Assembly (NCBI GenBank): GCA_965603825.1
Contig: CBFDEM010000052.1
Span: 124,001 to 188,000, forward strand
Direction of reading: 5' to 3'
From: Blepharisma stoltei ATCC 30299
Taxonomy: Eukaryota; Protista; Ciliophora
DNA length: 64,000 bases
The stretch's first letter is position 1; each line of letters starts with the position of its first letter. Below the pieces are notes generated by a model that worked only from the letters and a program-made list of their open reading frames with translations, made no database searches and had not been told where the DNA came from. A program made the translations under genes and the position numbers. Below are positions 1 to 13,565 of this stretch, one piece after another.

Positions 1-1
1 T

Positions 2-3000
2 ATCGAGCTTGTTTTTGCAAATTTAAAAGGAGTGCAGTCATATGATCCTTATTTTAAGACGTTGCCTGTGCTAACAGAGGTCCCATTTCAAGGGTCAGAT
101 TCATGCAAATCAGAAGAAATCAATGAAATTTTTTCCCAGGCTAATAATTACCTGGATAGTTCAAGAGAGAAAGGAGCTACCGATATCCCTGTAATTGTTT
201 TTGATGAAATCGGCCTTGCTGAGATATCAAAATATAACCCATTAAAAGTTTTGCATAATCTTTTGGAAATAGAAAACATACATATTGGCTTTGTTGGGAT
301 TTCAAATTGGAAACTTGATGCTTCAAAAATGAATAGAGCTCTATTTCTTGCTCGTGAAGATCCAGGTGTGGATGATTTATGTGATACTGCGAATTCCATT
401 TATTCATTTTATTCGAATGAAAAGCCTTACCAAAAGATAATTGAAGATTTATCATATTGATATTATAAGCTTAAAGAACACTTTAAGCCAATGCATTGCA
501 ATAATGAGTTTTATGGCCTTAGAGATTTTTACCACTTGATTAAAAGAGTTTCCAAAGAATTAACAAATCCGATTGGTGATTACGAAAAAGTGTTTGAAAT
601 TGTGAAACTTTCTGTTGAAAGAAACTTTGGTGGGCTGAAAAATGAAGATAATCATATTGAAGCCTTATCTAATCCATGGAATGGTTATTTATGAGAATCT
701 TCGAAGAGATATAGCACGATTGATTTGATAAACGATAATTTAAATGAACACATAAAAGGAAGCTCAAATGGGATTATTCCAAGATATCTTATGATAGTAG
801 GAAACTCAAGATTCGGTATTTGTGCAATTGAGAGGATCCTAAACTCTCGGTTACCTTTAAGAAAAGTTATGATAGGCAGCTGCTTGAAAAACGACATTAA
901 TAATGAAAAGAGTGCTTTTCAATCCCTAACTGATATAATTTTATATATGAGCACAGGTCGAACTGTGATTCTTAAAGGTATGGACCAAATCTATACTGCC
1001 CTTTACGATTTATTTAATCAGCATTTTCAATGGTCAGGACCAAGCCGATACTGCAAAGTGGCCTTGAGTTCAACAAACAATTCTTACTGTTTTGTCCACC
1101 CCAACTTCTATACCATAGTCTTTTTGGATGAAGAAGAGGCCAAGGAATCAGATCCTCCCTTTTTGAACAGATTTGAAAAGCATTACTTAGATATAAACTC
1201 CCTATTATCAAATAAAAACTCTATCGAAATTCTTAAAGATTTAACAAATTGGGTTAAAATTTTTAAAAAGCAGAAAGGAAACCGAGCTGAACTGTTAAAA
1301 ATAAATAATTTATTTCCAATTTATAGTGCAGAAACTCTCAGCTTAATGATATATTCAAGCAGATATGAAAACCAAGAAGAAATATTAAAAGACTGCAAGC
1401 TGCAGCTCCTTAACTCTGCTTCTTCAATAGTAATGATTTTGAGTCATCAGTTAATAAATGATACTGAAGAAAAAGTTTTTATAATTGATAATTGAATGAA
1501 GCTTCACTCTGCAGAAAATTCATTTATAAGTACATTAAATTTGATGGTGAATGATAATTGTGATAAAAAAAAGCTCTTGGCTTTTACATTTGATAACGCT
1601 CAAATTTGGAGCACTCTTAATGATACAGACCCAGATTTGTTAGCTTGCACCAGCATCAATAAGTTTCATGACTATTCAGCAGAAGCAGAGCTATGCAAAA
1701 GTATTGAAAATTATTTTAAAGAGCCAAATAAGAAACTTTATATCCTTGAGATAGACTTCAGTAGCGAAAATCAGCACATTTTAATGGTAAAACATATTAT
1801 TGACGGGATAGAAGAAAAGTATAGAAAAGTGAAAAATTTTGTGATAATGGGTAGAATGATAAGCAATTTGGAATATCGAGAATTCATATTTTACTTTGAA
1901 GATTGGCAAATGAAAATGTTTGAAGAAATAAAAAGGACGTCTGAGTTTGACATTTCTGCTTTACTTTTAAAAGATACCAAAAAGCTGATTGAAGAAAACG
2001 AAATATTTGAATTTGAAACAAATATATGCGATCTTACGATAAATTGTATGCTAAAATTCAAATATAATGATGAAAATATTGATGAACACATAGGCACTGT
2101 TATAGAGAAAGTTAGGGAAAGCCAAGACTTTATTAAATTATTAAAAACAAAAGTCTATAATCAATTAGAAAATCTTAAAGATTGGAAATCTGAAATCTTA
2201 TCTGAGAATGAAATCGTGAAAGACTTCAAAAATCTTAAAGCGTATATGCAAGGATTTCTTTCAAATGAAATTGAAAAAGAATTGGCTTCGATTCTCCATC
2301 ACTTAGAAAATAAAGGGTCATTAAAAAGCTTTTTAAACTTGTCAGGAAAAAAAGAAAAAGCCGATTTCAGCTATTGGCTTAATGCTTTTGAAAACAGTAA
2401 TTTCGAAAAAATTGCAGTAAGCAGCTACCAGAACAATACTGAGGTGGAGAAAACCCCTAATTTATCATTTCTTTTTTCAGTCGATGAGTATAAACTGATA
2501 TCAAAGCTTTATAAACAGTATGGAGAAATCGGCCAGCAAAGTAAGAAAAAGTTGCAAATGAGCATATTTCAGCGCGAATTCGAAAAAAATTCAGCATATA
2601 AAAAGAGATTATGCGCAATAAATGAAGACAGCGATGCACAGGAATTTTATTTTTCTGATTTGATTAAAATTTATTTATTCAAAAATAAAATCGATCAAGA
2701 ATATGAAAAAATTATTTTGGCGATGACTGAAAATCTGAGAATCAGTAATAGTCATTTTTGTGAGAAATTAATAGCTTATAAAAGATTTGAAGCAGCCTTT
2801 ATTTATATATCAAATATTGTGAAATACTCTAGAATTAACATAAACATAACTTTACCTTCCAGTATTCCAGAAAACCCTCTAAATAATTTAATTGAACATG
2901 CAATTAGTAAGACAATTGACAGGGTCTTAACGAAGCCTAATGGAAAGAAGAGAGCAATTTTAGGTAGGATACTTGATAATTTAATCAGCCTGAATGCATG

Positions 3001-6000
3001 CTGCCCAAGCATTGTCTTTGAAAATCAAGAGCTTCTAGAATTTTGGCATGCATTTTTAGCAATGGTTAATAATACAAATTTTCAAGGTCAGATTACTGAC
3101 ATAAAAAATAAAATTCAAAACAATTGCACTTATGTATTTAATCCTGAATTTATTAAGGCTGCATTAGACTACTCCGAATTAATTTTTCAGAATAATCCAA
3201 AAGAAAACGATGTGGAAGTCTTCAAATTTAGGGCTGCATTTTACAAAATCCTCATTTGCAAAGACCATTCTGCTATAAGTCAAATCATCAAAGAAATAAA
3301 TTCCACAGGCTTATGGAGGCATTCTACCAAACTGTTAAGAGAAATGTATGAAAAATCAAATATAAAGTCAAAAATTGCTAATTTGAATAAAATGATAGAT
3401 GAGAATGAAGTAAATTTAGTTCAAGAAAGGAATGAATATTTAAAAGAAATAGAGAAAAATACAACTTATGGAAGCAAATTTAGTGTTTTATTTGCAGACT
3501 TGATTTATAAAATATCTGACAAAATTCAGATAGATGAAGAGGAATACGCAATGAATAAACTACACTATTATAGGACTATTCTCAAAACTTGGAAAAAGAG
3601 ATTTTTATTTTATATAGAAAAATTAAATTGTAATGAACCAATATATACAGTTATTTATTCAGTCCAAATAAGAATATTCTTGGAGAGCTATTCATATTTA
3701 CTTTTAAAAGGAAATGGCTCATTAACTGAGCCTGAAAAAGCTATTATGAGTGAAACTGGAACTATATTAGTACAAGCCCCTATTAGTAAAACTCTGAGGT
3801 TTTACTGCATTAAGCAGATGAAGCAAATTTCGAAGTGAGATAAAGATGGGGTTTACCATTATTTAGAAAGCCATAAACACATTGAATGGATAAATAGAAT
3901 CGAAGATATTCCTGCTCCATCAAATTCTTTAGAAATTTTTCCATTTTATACTGAGTGTATTGATTACTATAAAGACATCACTAATATTATAAACAAAATC
4001 CTTATAAATTCAGACTGCCAAGACCTCAATTCTATAATTCAAGAAGGCCTGAATAATCCCAATGTGAAATTGGCCATCGCCCAAGCATTTTTGAATGAAG
4101 TATTTATGCACCATCCACTTGAAATAAGTGCTACTAATAATCTGAATCAGTGACTAGAAAGAAATGAAAGCTTGATAACTGAAAACCTTGGAGAGGTGTT
4201 TTTTTCTCTTCTTAAAATGCTTCTTAATAACAGTTTTCCTCAGGATTCACTTTTTCAGTTCAATGTCATTAGAAATAAAAATAATGATCAGAAATTATTG
4301 ATTTTATTAACAATTTTTATTATAACAGTTTCATTTGGAAATTGCCAAAATCCAATTTCAGGTGTTTTCTTTAACGATAAAAGAAAAATTTTATATAATG
4401 ACATATCGATTCAATTAAATCAGATGTTTGTTTTCGCTGCAGAATTATCCCCAAGTTATAATTACAATAAAGAAAAACTAGATAATTGATCTAATTTTAT
4501 ATCACCCTCACACTCTTGGTGGCTCAAAGGAAGCACTTATAAATGTTCTGAAAATTGCAGTTATATATATACAATACCAGGAGATGGATACCCAAGACAT
4601 TATTTTAAGTGTGGAAAATGCAATAAAATGTGTGGAGGTGAAAACAAAAAATTATTTAAGAGAGATGGTCATAAAAATATTAGCCACAAAGAAGCTAGAA
4701 AAATAATGATAAATGCTGCATATGAAGAGAAGCTTGAAGAAGATAACATGAGAGGGTGCAGATTTTTCAGTCGCAAAAATAAAACGCTTTATATAAGATA
4801 TTGCAAGGAAATTACAGCTAGAGTACTGCATCTCATTTTAGGTACTTCTATATATGGATTTAAATGCTTGAATTTAGCAAATCTTGAAAAAATATTTGAT
4901 TCGAATGGATTAAATCCAGAAATTTATTTAAAAGAAAGCATAGAAAATGATTTTAAAATGATTCTGGAGCTGCTTCAAGCTGAAGATTCTCATATTTGGA
5001 TGTACAATATTTTATCAAAATTACCTCAATTTCTATACGAAAATAATTATCTTCCTTTTAATAGTGATATAAGGAAGACATTTGAAGAATTATTTGAGAT
5101 TCAAATAATACAGCCTAATATTGACCATAGAAAAAGCTCTAGTATTGCTGACTATCAAAGGAATTTTCGGTTTCTATTTAATGAGAAGGTTTCTGATCTT
5201 GATATTATTGATGAAAAAGTAGTTACAGATTTACCATTAGAAAAATTATTCAGAGTAATCAATAAGCCAACATTTTGCAAAATGGAACAAAATTTCAGGC
5301 TGAATGACCTTGCCAAAGAGTACCCAATAATAAATGAATATCTTCAAAGCTTTTCTGAAATCCAAAAATTAGAAGCCTTGTACCCAATAATTGAGTTTAC
5401 TAATTATCTTTTGGACAAATACAATTATTGCTATACACGTGATGAATGCACAAAAATGAGAATTAGTGATATAATAGACGCAATTTCTGATGAAAACGAA
5501 AAAAATCATTTCATAGATCTATTTGAAAGTTTTACTTCTGCTTGGAAATCTGTAAACCTTTGCAGTGTATCTAATGAGGAAAATATAGAAAAAAATCAAA
5601 TTAGTAGCTCAAGCTACTTAAACTTCTTTTTAATTGATCAAGCAAGTAACCAAGGCAAACTCCTCAAATTTGCTTTAACGGAACTAGCTGGAATTCAAAA
5701 TAAAATTCTTGCCCAAATTTGTGGGTCGATCAGAGGGTCTAAATATATGGTATATATTGATAAAGCGAAATTTGGCATTCAAGAAATTAAACTAAAAAAT
5801 ATTCTTGAAATAAAAAGTCTAAAGAGAAGGTATTGTTATTTTTGCTCTCTGAATAATCCTTCCTTTGGAAAAGGTTGTGAAACTATTTATGATTATGAAA
5901 GAATATCAGCCAATCTTTCTGCAGATCTAGGATCTGTAAAATATTTGGATACTTCTGTGGTTCGCTGCATTCAGTATCAGAATGAAATTTTGAAATCAGA

Positions 6001-6829
6001 TATAATTGAAGAAATTGAAAAAAGAATTCCTCAAAATTATAAATTTGAAGAAAATGATAATGATGCAGTCAGGAGCTATAAGAAAAAGGTTGATAAAACT
6101 CAAGATGGTAATGAATCATGTGATAAATTGAAAAATTGTTTAAGACACTTAATTAACCTTATATGCATTCTTAGGAACTCCACAAAAACACCAGATTTAT
6201 CAATAAAAGACTACTGCTCAAATTTAAACTTAAAACATTTTGCAGCGTTCTTTAAAGATGAAGGAATATCAGATATCAAATTATCTCACATTGTAAAGCT
6301 ATACCAAAAAATTGAATCATATTACTTTCCTTGGCATATTGAAAAATACATGAAAATTGAGTATAAGCTTGAATCTTTTACTAGAGGTGCTACAAGTAGA
6401 TCCAACAGAGAGAGAATTATGGAACAGATGAAATTAACTATTGAAAATTTCAAAAATACAAGTAAGCCTCATTGTGATTGTAGAAATTTAAAAACTTTTA
6501 TCAAAAGATTCATAATGAGATGCCTGCCCGCAGGAATAGATCCAAAAGATCCTATTAGCCTTTATGTCACTCGCACTGACTTATGAAAAAGCAGTTATAA
6601 AATTGAAGAGCTAGAAATTTTGAAAGTAAGATTTTCTAATGAAATTTATGCCTCTTTTTCTTTACTTTTTTATGAAGTAGTCCAGCAGGAGCTGTCTAAC
6701 CAAAGAATGAGCGATGAAGGCATAAGCTTTGAAATCAATGAAGACATTGATGAAGGAGAAGAGTCTGAAGAAGAAAGTGAAGAGAGTGAAGAAGATGAAG
6801 AATCAGATTACGATAGTCCTCGCTATTAA
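2..6829 (+). CDS. RNF213/mysterin-like giant AAA+ ATPase with RZ-finger-like module (5' end outside window)
   Basis: All + ORFs from 32 to 6829 share one frame, separated only by TGA (458, 692, 1493, 3836, 4151, 4487, 6584); ends TAA 6827-6829. RNF213-like motifs: IVFDEIGLAE..NPLKVLHNLLE, FVGISNWKLDASKMNRALF, EFYGLRDFYHLIK, LYDLFNQ, VHPNF, PPFLNRFEKH. Cys cluster at 4538-4672 and C-terminal RFIMRCL..RTDL(W). Confidence 0.9.
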
Positions 6830-6923
6830 CTAATAATTATTATTGTCAAAAATAGCTTAATTTGCTAAAATTAATTTTCAATTTATATATGAAACTAATA
6901 TTAATATAGTTATTAATATAAAA

Positions 6924-8045
6924 ATGACAGATTTATATTTAGAAGAGCAAAGGCTCAAAGTTGAAGAATTTACAAAAATGCTTTCAACTTTATATGTAAA
7001 TGACCTTAATCACCAAAGACAGCTCCAAGCTGAGTTCAATACTCTTTCTGCTCTGCCTGAGAATATGGAAGATATGAGTAATATTTATAAAAAGGAATAT
7101 CATCGCATTCAATCCTCCATATGTTTAGACTTCATTAAGCAGTGCAAGATTACTCAATTATTATTGAATAAAATAATTTTTGAAATCCACAAGCAAAACA
7201 CTTATAATTCTTACAATTTAAATTTCAGATATCTTTACAATTTTGACGAAAATCTAAATGGAACAGAAATTTATATTTACGATCTTAAATCTCATAAAAG
7301 AACCTCAACATGTGAATTAAAATCTTACAAATCAAAGAGACGTTTATGTGATAAAGTAACGAACTATGCTAAAATTTCGAACTCGCATTTGCTTATTATG
7401 GGAGCTGATAGAAATCTACATAAGGGAATTTTAATGGATCTAAAAACCAAAACAGCAACCGGTGTGTTTAATTTTAGCACCCAAGAAAGAGTATTTGATG
7501 TTTTCAATCAATTTATTTATTATGACAATTATTTATTTATATTTGGGGATGCAGAAAAATCAGGCTTGCTGAAATATAACATAAATCGAAACAAATGGCA
7601 CCAATTAGCATTCCCATGCTTGAAGGAATGAATTTCTTCTGTTCTTTACCGCAACTATGTCTTAATAAGCAGTTCTTATAACTCAATCTTTTATTTATAT
7701 GATCTTTTAATTGAAGCCCATTCAGAAATTGCATTTTATGAGCATGTAAAAAATCGTAAATTTTTATTTACTGATCAAGTTAGGGCTTATTTATGGGTTC
7801 AAAACGGTTCTATTTATGAAAGTGATGAAAATAACCCATTTAAATGAAATAAAATAGGGAATAATGATTTTGGAATTCGTGATTTGCCTTTGGATATAAA
7901 TTTGCATAATTTTGATATAACTTTCAGCAATTATGAGGGCGACATTTATGCTAGTCTTATTATAAGACCGCAGATGTATTGCTATAAGTTTAATAAAAAA
8001 AGAAAAGCAATGAAAATAATTTACCAAGGGGAAGTCAATAGATAA
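6924..8045 (+). CDS. Uncharacterised protein (373 aa): N-terminal helical region plus beta-propeller/Kelch-like C-terminal region
   Basis: ATG 6924; frame continues through TGA 7629 and 7845 to TAA 8043-8045. Kelch-like strings IYYDNYLFIFG, KYNINRNKW, GSIYESDENNPFKW. Fold assignment tentative. Confidence 0.7.
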
Positions 8046-8632
8046 TCTTAGTAAATAGTTACTTAACCTAATATTTGCCACAAAAGTTTATGGCTTAAAA
8101 ATAAAGTTCTACCTTTTTCAATATAATTTCAATCATTTTATACGCAAAATTTTAAATGTTTATTATAATTTACGCGAGCGCCTGCATAAATTGGCACATG
8201 CAATTATTAAGGTTTCAACTTCTTGCTTGTAAATGAGTACACCAATTGGGAATTAGCAAGCTTGCCTAATAGTATGTCTGATTGACAATTTCGCACTTAG
8301 CGGCGTAACTGATGCGGAAGAAGTTAATGTACTTAGGCTCAAAATCATCTAGTTGATCAAATATAAGAATCGAATAATATCACAAGCATATTGATGTTAG
8401 GCCTTTCCAGTTATATTTTATCAAACTTGGATATTTAAATAATTAGAGCTTCAAGACATTAAGACTTCATATATAGAGAAATTCCAACAAAAAAAATATA
8501 TTCATGAATAAAAATTGGCAAAAGATTCAAAAAACTTTTATTAGTATGGGTCAGATCAGAATTAATCAGAACAGATATAATGAGTAAATTACTCAAAGTG
8601 GTATAATATTAAGATAAATATAATAATAAAGT

Positions 8633-9711
8633 ATAGCAGATTTATTTTTAGCAGAGAAAATTAAGAAGATCAAAAAAATTAAAAAAAGTCTTGCTGCTTT
8701 GCATATAAAAGAATCTAGCAGCCTCATTCAGCTTCAAGATGAATTTAATGAGCTATCTCCTTTGCCAGCCCACATAAAAGACAAGATCAGTGCAAGTAAA
8801 AATAATCACCAAGTTAAATATCTATACCAAGAATTTGAAAAGAAATGCTTCGCTACTTAGTCTATGCTTGCCACAGTAATTTTTAAATTCCACAATAAAA
8901 ACTATAGGAATCATTACAATTCAGACTGCAACTACCTTTTCAATTATTTAATAAAACAACGTGGAAGTGAGCTTTATATATATGATTTAAAAACCCATGA
9001 AAGAACTTCCACATCAGCTTCAAATAAATTTGGCGCAAATAATTGATTATTAGATAGCATAGTCAGCATTATCAAGATCTCAAACTCACATTTGTTTATC
9101 ATCGGGAAAAATAATAAAGGATATTTAATGGACCTAAGAACCAGAAAAATTAGCTTTTACCTTGATCTTAAAATTGAAGATTATGGAAATTTTCCAATAT
9201 ATCCTTTTATTTATTATGACAATTGTATATATATTATTAGCAATTTCAGAATTTTGAAGTATAATCTATATAAAAAAATATCGACCATAATGAAATTTCC
9301 TTGTGTTATTGAAGGTTAGCTATTAGCATTCTTTATCGCAATTATATTTTAATTTGCCATCACTTTAAATCTAAATTTTTCCTGTTTGATCTTAGAATTG
9401 AATCTCTTTCAGTCATTTCATTTTTAGAGGAAATGAAGTAGAAAAAATTTTTATTTACTAACCAAAAGAGGGTTTATTTGATTATAAAAAACGGCACTAT
9501 TTATGAAAGTGGCTTCAAAAATCCCTTTAAATGGTATAATATAGGGAATATTGATTTTGATATTGGCAAGTATCCTTGGAAAAAGAATTTTAGCATTTTT
9601 GAGGGAGATATTTATGCTAGTTTTAATAAAGAGCCATACTGTTTTTGCTGTAAGTTTAACAGAAAAAATATAAAAATGGAAATAATTTATAAAGAGGAAG
9701 TTGGAAAGTAA
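8633..9711 (+). pseudogene. Tandem pseudogene of the 6924-8045 gene
   Basis: Colinear similarity (ELYIYDLKTHERTST vs EIYIYDLKSHKRTST; FIYYDN; NGTIYES..NPFKW; EGDIYAS). ATA at 8633 where the paralog has ATG, in-frame TAG at 8858, 9317 and 9439, and a frameshift near 9320-9330. Confidence 0.8.
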
Positions 9712-10880
9712 TTTTACTTAATCACTATTGACTTTTTACTTTTTCTGATTAGATTTGTTTAATAGTTTTGCTTGATAGCAAAGGTAAGCAAATTATTATT
9801 TCTTATAAGTGCTAATTAAATTCTAAAAACATTTTAAGTATTTTATTACTTATATAGCTCAATTATATATGAATTTTAGCAAATTAAAAGTCATTCCTTA
9901 TATAATTTATAATAGCTATATTTATGTTTAACTGGGTCAAAATACTTTTTTATAATGAAATTACTTCCACCTTCTATAGGCTTTTTTAACACTTAGTTAA
10001 AGCTGTTTCTTATTATCTAAATGAGAGACTTTAAAGGATGCTTTAAGGTTGAAAAAAGAAATTTATTCGGATTTAGTGCCAAACAATTTCAGTTCTTTGT
10101 ATTTTAAAATTCTTTAAAATTTTATCATTATTGATCGCTTGATTCTATTTATATATATTACCAAATAATGGCATTCATAAATCAATTTAAAATACATGTA
10201 CCATCTTTCATAAAAAATTAATCATTTATACTGATTAATTCATGAGCAGCCTCTTTTTCCAAATTAGATATGTATGGAATTATTATTAAATTTTATTATT
10301 AACGAATATTGCTATAGCCAACCGGCAGATTTTTTATTTAAATATTTTCATATTAATTGTGTCTAATTCATAATAGAGTTAAATTTATGTGAAGATTATG
10401 CAAACACTTTTTTTTAATTCTAATTTTAATCTTATTCTATTATTAATGCAATCAAGCGCCTTATAAATGCTAAAAACGCCTTGAAAATATTTAATTAACT
10501 AGCTTTCGTCAAGCTGTTACAAATAAAGCATAAAATTGAAAATCTATGTGGGAAAATTTACGAAAATTTATTTCTTGCTTTTACTATAATTTTTTTTATT
10601 TTGCCAAAGTATTATACCATAACTTAAACAGCATTTTTATATTTTGGTAACATCAGAAAATGCATCCTCCAATGATTTCAAATTTAAATTGTGGAAAAAC
10701 AGCTTTAGACTATTATCAAATTAGCAGTCTATTTGATTATATAAAAAAAGACATTAAATTACGCTACTAATCCTAATATCATATCATTAAGTTTCAATTC
10801 TTCAAAATTTTATTCCTCATCCTCAGCTTTTTCCACATTTACAGATTTATTTCCCCTTTTTACAAAATCTATATTAGAAA

Positions 10881-12116
10881 ATGTCTATTTCAAACCCAAA
10901 TTCACGGCTCAGTGAACGACTCCCTGAAACTCCTCCCCATCTCCAATGAAAATCATCAGTTCCATCTCTTCTTCCCCTTTCCGTTGATTATTTATCTACT
11001 CCGCGCATCTCAAGTGCACATACATCAAGATCTACTAAATCCTTGAAAAACTCAACACAAAATTTAACAGCCCGATCATCAGAGCCTGATGGACGAGCTT
11101 TAACGACCCGCAGCACTGACAGACGATTTTTTGGGAATTCTGAAACACCTTCAGACCAAACTAAATGTTCATTAAAAGAAAGTGGTTCAGTTAAAGCATA
11201 TGCTGCAAGTACAAATCAAGGATTAATCAGAAATTACAATGAAGATAGGGTCAGTATCATTTTAAACATAATGAAACCTCCTAACCGAAGTGGAGAACCA
11301 TGGCCACGCTGCTCGTTTTTTGGGGTTTATGATGGACATGGAGGTGCAGCTTGTGCTGATTTTTTAAGAGATAATCTGCATCAATATGTAATAAGAAATC
11401 ATTATTTCCCACACAACCCAAAAGAAGCAATAAGAAATGGATTTGAAGCTGCTGAACGAGCTTTTCTTGAGCTAGCTGAAAGGAATCAGCCCGTAGAAAG
11501 ATCAGGGAGCTGCGCAAATGTTGTACTCATTGTAGGAGACAATTGTTATGTAGCTAATGTAGGGGATTCAAGAGCTGTGATGAGCGGAGACGGCGGAACA
11601 AAAATTTATCCTTTATCAAAAGACCATAAACCTTGTGAGGAAAAAGAAAGACAAAGGATTATTAATAATGGAGGAAAGGTCTATCAGTCTACTGCACAAG
11701 TTCAAGGAAGCCAAATCGCAGGGCCTTATAGGATTTTTCCGGGCCGTCTTTCAGTATCTCGAACTATTGGAGATATTGAAGCCAAAATGCCGAGCTATAA
11801 TGGAAATCCAAATGTCTTGATATCAACTCCAGAAATCAAGGCCTTCCGAATCCACCAAGATTTTGACTTCATTATCTTGGCTACCGATGGGATTTTTGAT
11901 AAAATGACCAATAAAGAAGTAATAAAAAGCGCGTGGTCTTGCATTTACGACTCGAAGACCAGAAATGCACATCAATTGTGTGGAATTGCAGTGGAAAATG
12001 TAATGAGCACTGCACTAAATAAAAAAACAACTGACAATGTTACAGTTGTGATGGTCGGGCTTGAAGGGTTTATAAACAAAATTGAAGAGCTTTATGGAAA
12101 AGAATGCTTGTCTTAA
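10881..12116 (+). CDS. Protein phosphatase 2C (PPM family)
   Basis: Motifs RNYNEDR, FFGVYDGHGG, ANVGDSRAV, LSKDHKP, GRLSVSRTIGD, ILATDGIFD, DNVTVV. In-frame ATG 10881 upstream of one TGA. Confidence 0.95.
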
Positions 12117-12233
12117 TTATTATCGATTTATATTATCTCTTTGTAGCCTATCTACTTATAGAATTTATTTAGTTATTTCTCTTCTAAATTTGTGTTATTG
12201 GATAAGTTTTATTATATATAAAAAATTTTGGCT

Positions 12234-13310
12234 CTATAGCCACTTAACTCTTTTTCCTTTAACCCACTCCCCTTTCATTGTTTTATCGAGCTTAGTTTTT
12301 ACATCAGTAAACGTAAATTCTCCAATTCCATCTTGTTTCCCATTAACCCAATTCCCTTTATATATCCTCCCGTCAGGCCAAAAAAATTCTCCATATCCAT
12401 TCCTAATATCTCTATAAAATTCTCCGACATATCTTTTTCCATCATTAAATTTAAATTCTCCAAACCCAGTCATTTTGCCATTAATTCATTCCCCGTTATA
12501 TTGATTTCCATTGCTTCATTTATAAAACCCTTTTCTTTCAATGTGATTATCTTTGAATTCCCCTTCATAGAAGCTTCCATCAGATTTTGTTAATTTTGCG
12601 TATCCATGGATTCTGCCATTAGTAAATTCTCCATCTACGACATCTCCATTAGAATATTTAAAAATCCCTTTTCCGTTTGGGAAGCCTGAGTCGCATTTTC
12701 CTTTGAATTCTTCTCCATTTTCATTTACTAGTAAACCTTTGCCTATAGGCTTCCCATGTTTGAACTTGCCTTCGTACATTTTGCCGTCACTGCAAATAGT
12801 TCTCCCATACTGGTCTTTTTTGCCTTGTCTGAAAAATCCGACATATTTTGTGCCATTTTTGTCAATTAAAATGCCTTTTCCGTGAGGTTTTAGAGTTTTT
12901 AAATCTCATTCACCTTCATAAACTGAACCGTCTTCAAGAATTACTGCACTTTTGTATTCAACGTCGTTTGAGTCTATTTTTATATCAGGGAAAGCAAATT
13001 CTCCATATCTATTTTCAATATATTGTACATTTGATGAGAGAAGCTTTGATATTGGCTCTTTAAAGTTTTCAAAAGGGAAATCCTCATCTTCCTCCTCTAT
13101 TAGATCTTTTTTCTCCATATAGCCTTTTGCAGCTGTTTTTAAGAGATATCGGCCTATATCTTTGGGAGTCGGAGTTATAGTAATATTGCTGATAACCATT
13201 TCAAAATCTTCGCTTTCTGCTTCAGTTTTAGCCTTACTGTTAGTCAGATCAGTTTTCATAGTTTTCACTTCTGTAGGCTTTTCAGCCAAGCATGCACAAT
13301 AATTGCCCAT
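12234..13310 (-). CDS. MORN-repeat protein with N-terminal acylation motif (MGNYCAC)
   Basis: Three ORFs in one frame joined across TGA; repeated YxGxW/F..G.G units, with TGA at the W of YEGE(W) and YNGE(W); ends TAG. Confidence 0.92.
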
Positions 13311-13565
13311 TTGTTTTATTATTTATTTAGCATTATTGTTGATGGCTTATTTATTGATATTTTATTTAAAATATTTGCTAGTTTATTACTCCTTAGTTTA
13401 AATTTTAGGCTTATTTAGCAATATTATGCGTAAACCAACTGAACAGTTTATAAAAATTTTATATTCTCAAAATAAGATTTCAAAATAACTCTAGATCATC
13501 AATGACAGATAATGTTATTTATGATTAAAGCTGATATTATTTGCACCTAAATTAGATTAATAAAA

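Noticed and set aside
2-6829. Seven separate ORFs, or a nonsense-riddled pseudogene
   Set aside because: All lie in one frame with only TGA interruptions, consistent with Trp decoding.
9305-9319. 15-nt GT..AG (GTTATTGAAGGTTAG) as an intron rescuing the pseudogene
   Set aside because: It lacks the GTA start and position-10 A, and would fix neither the frameshift nor the other TAG stops.
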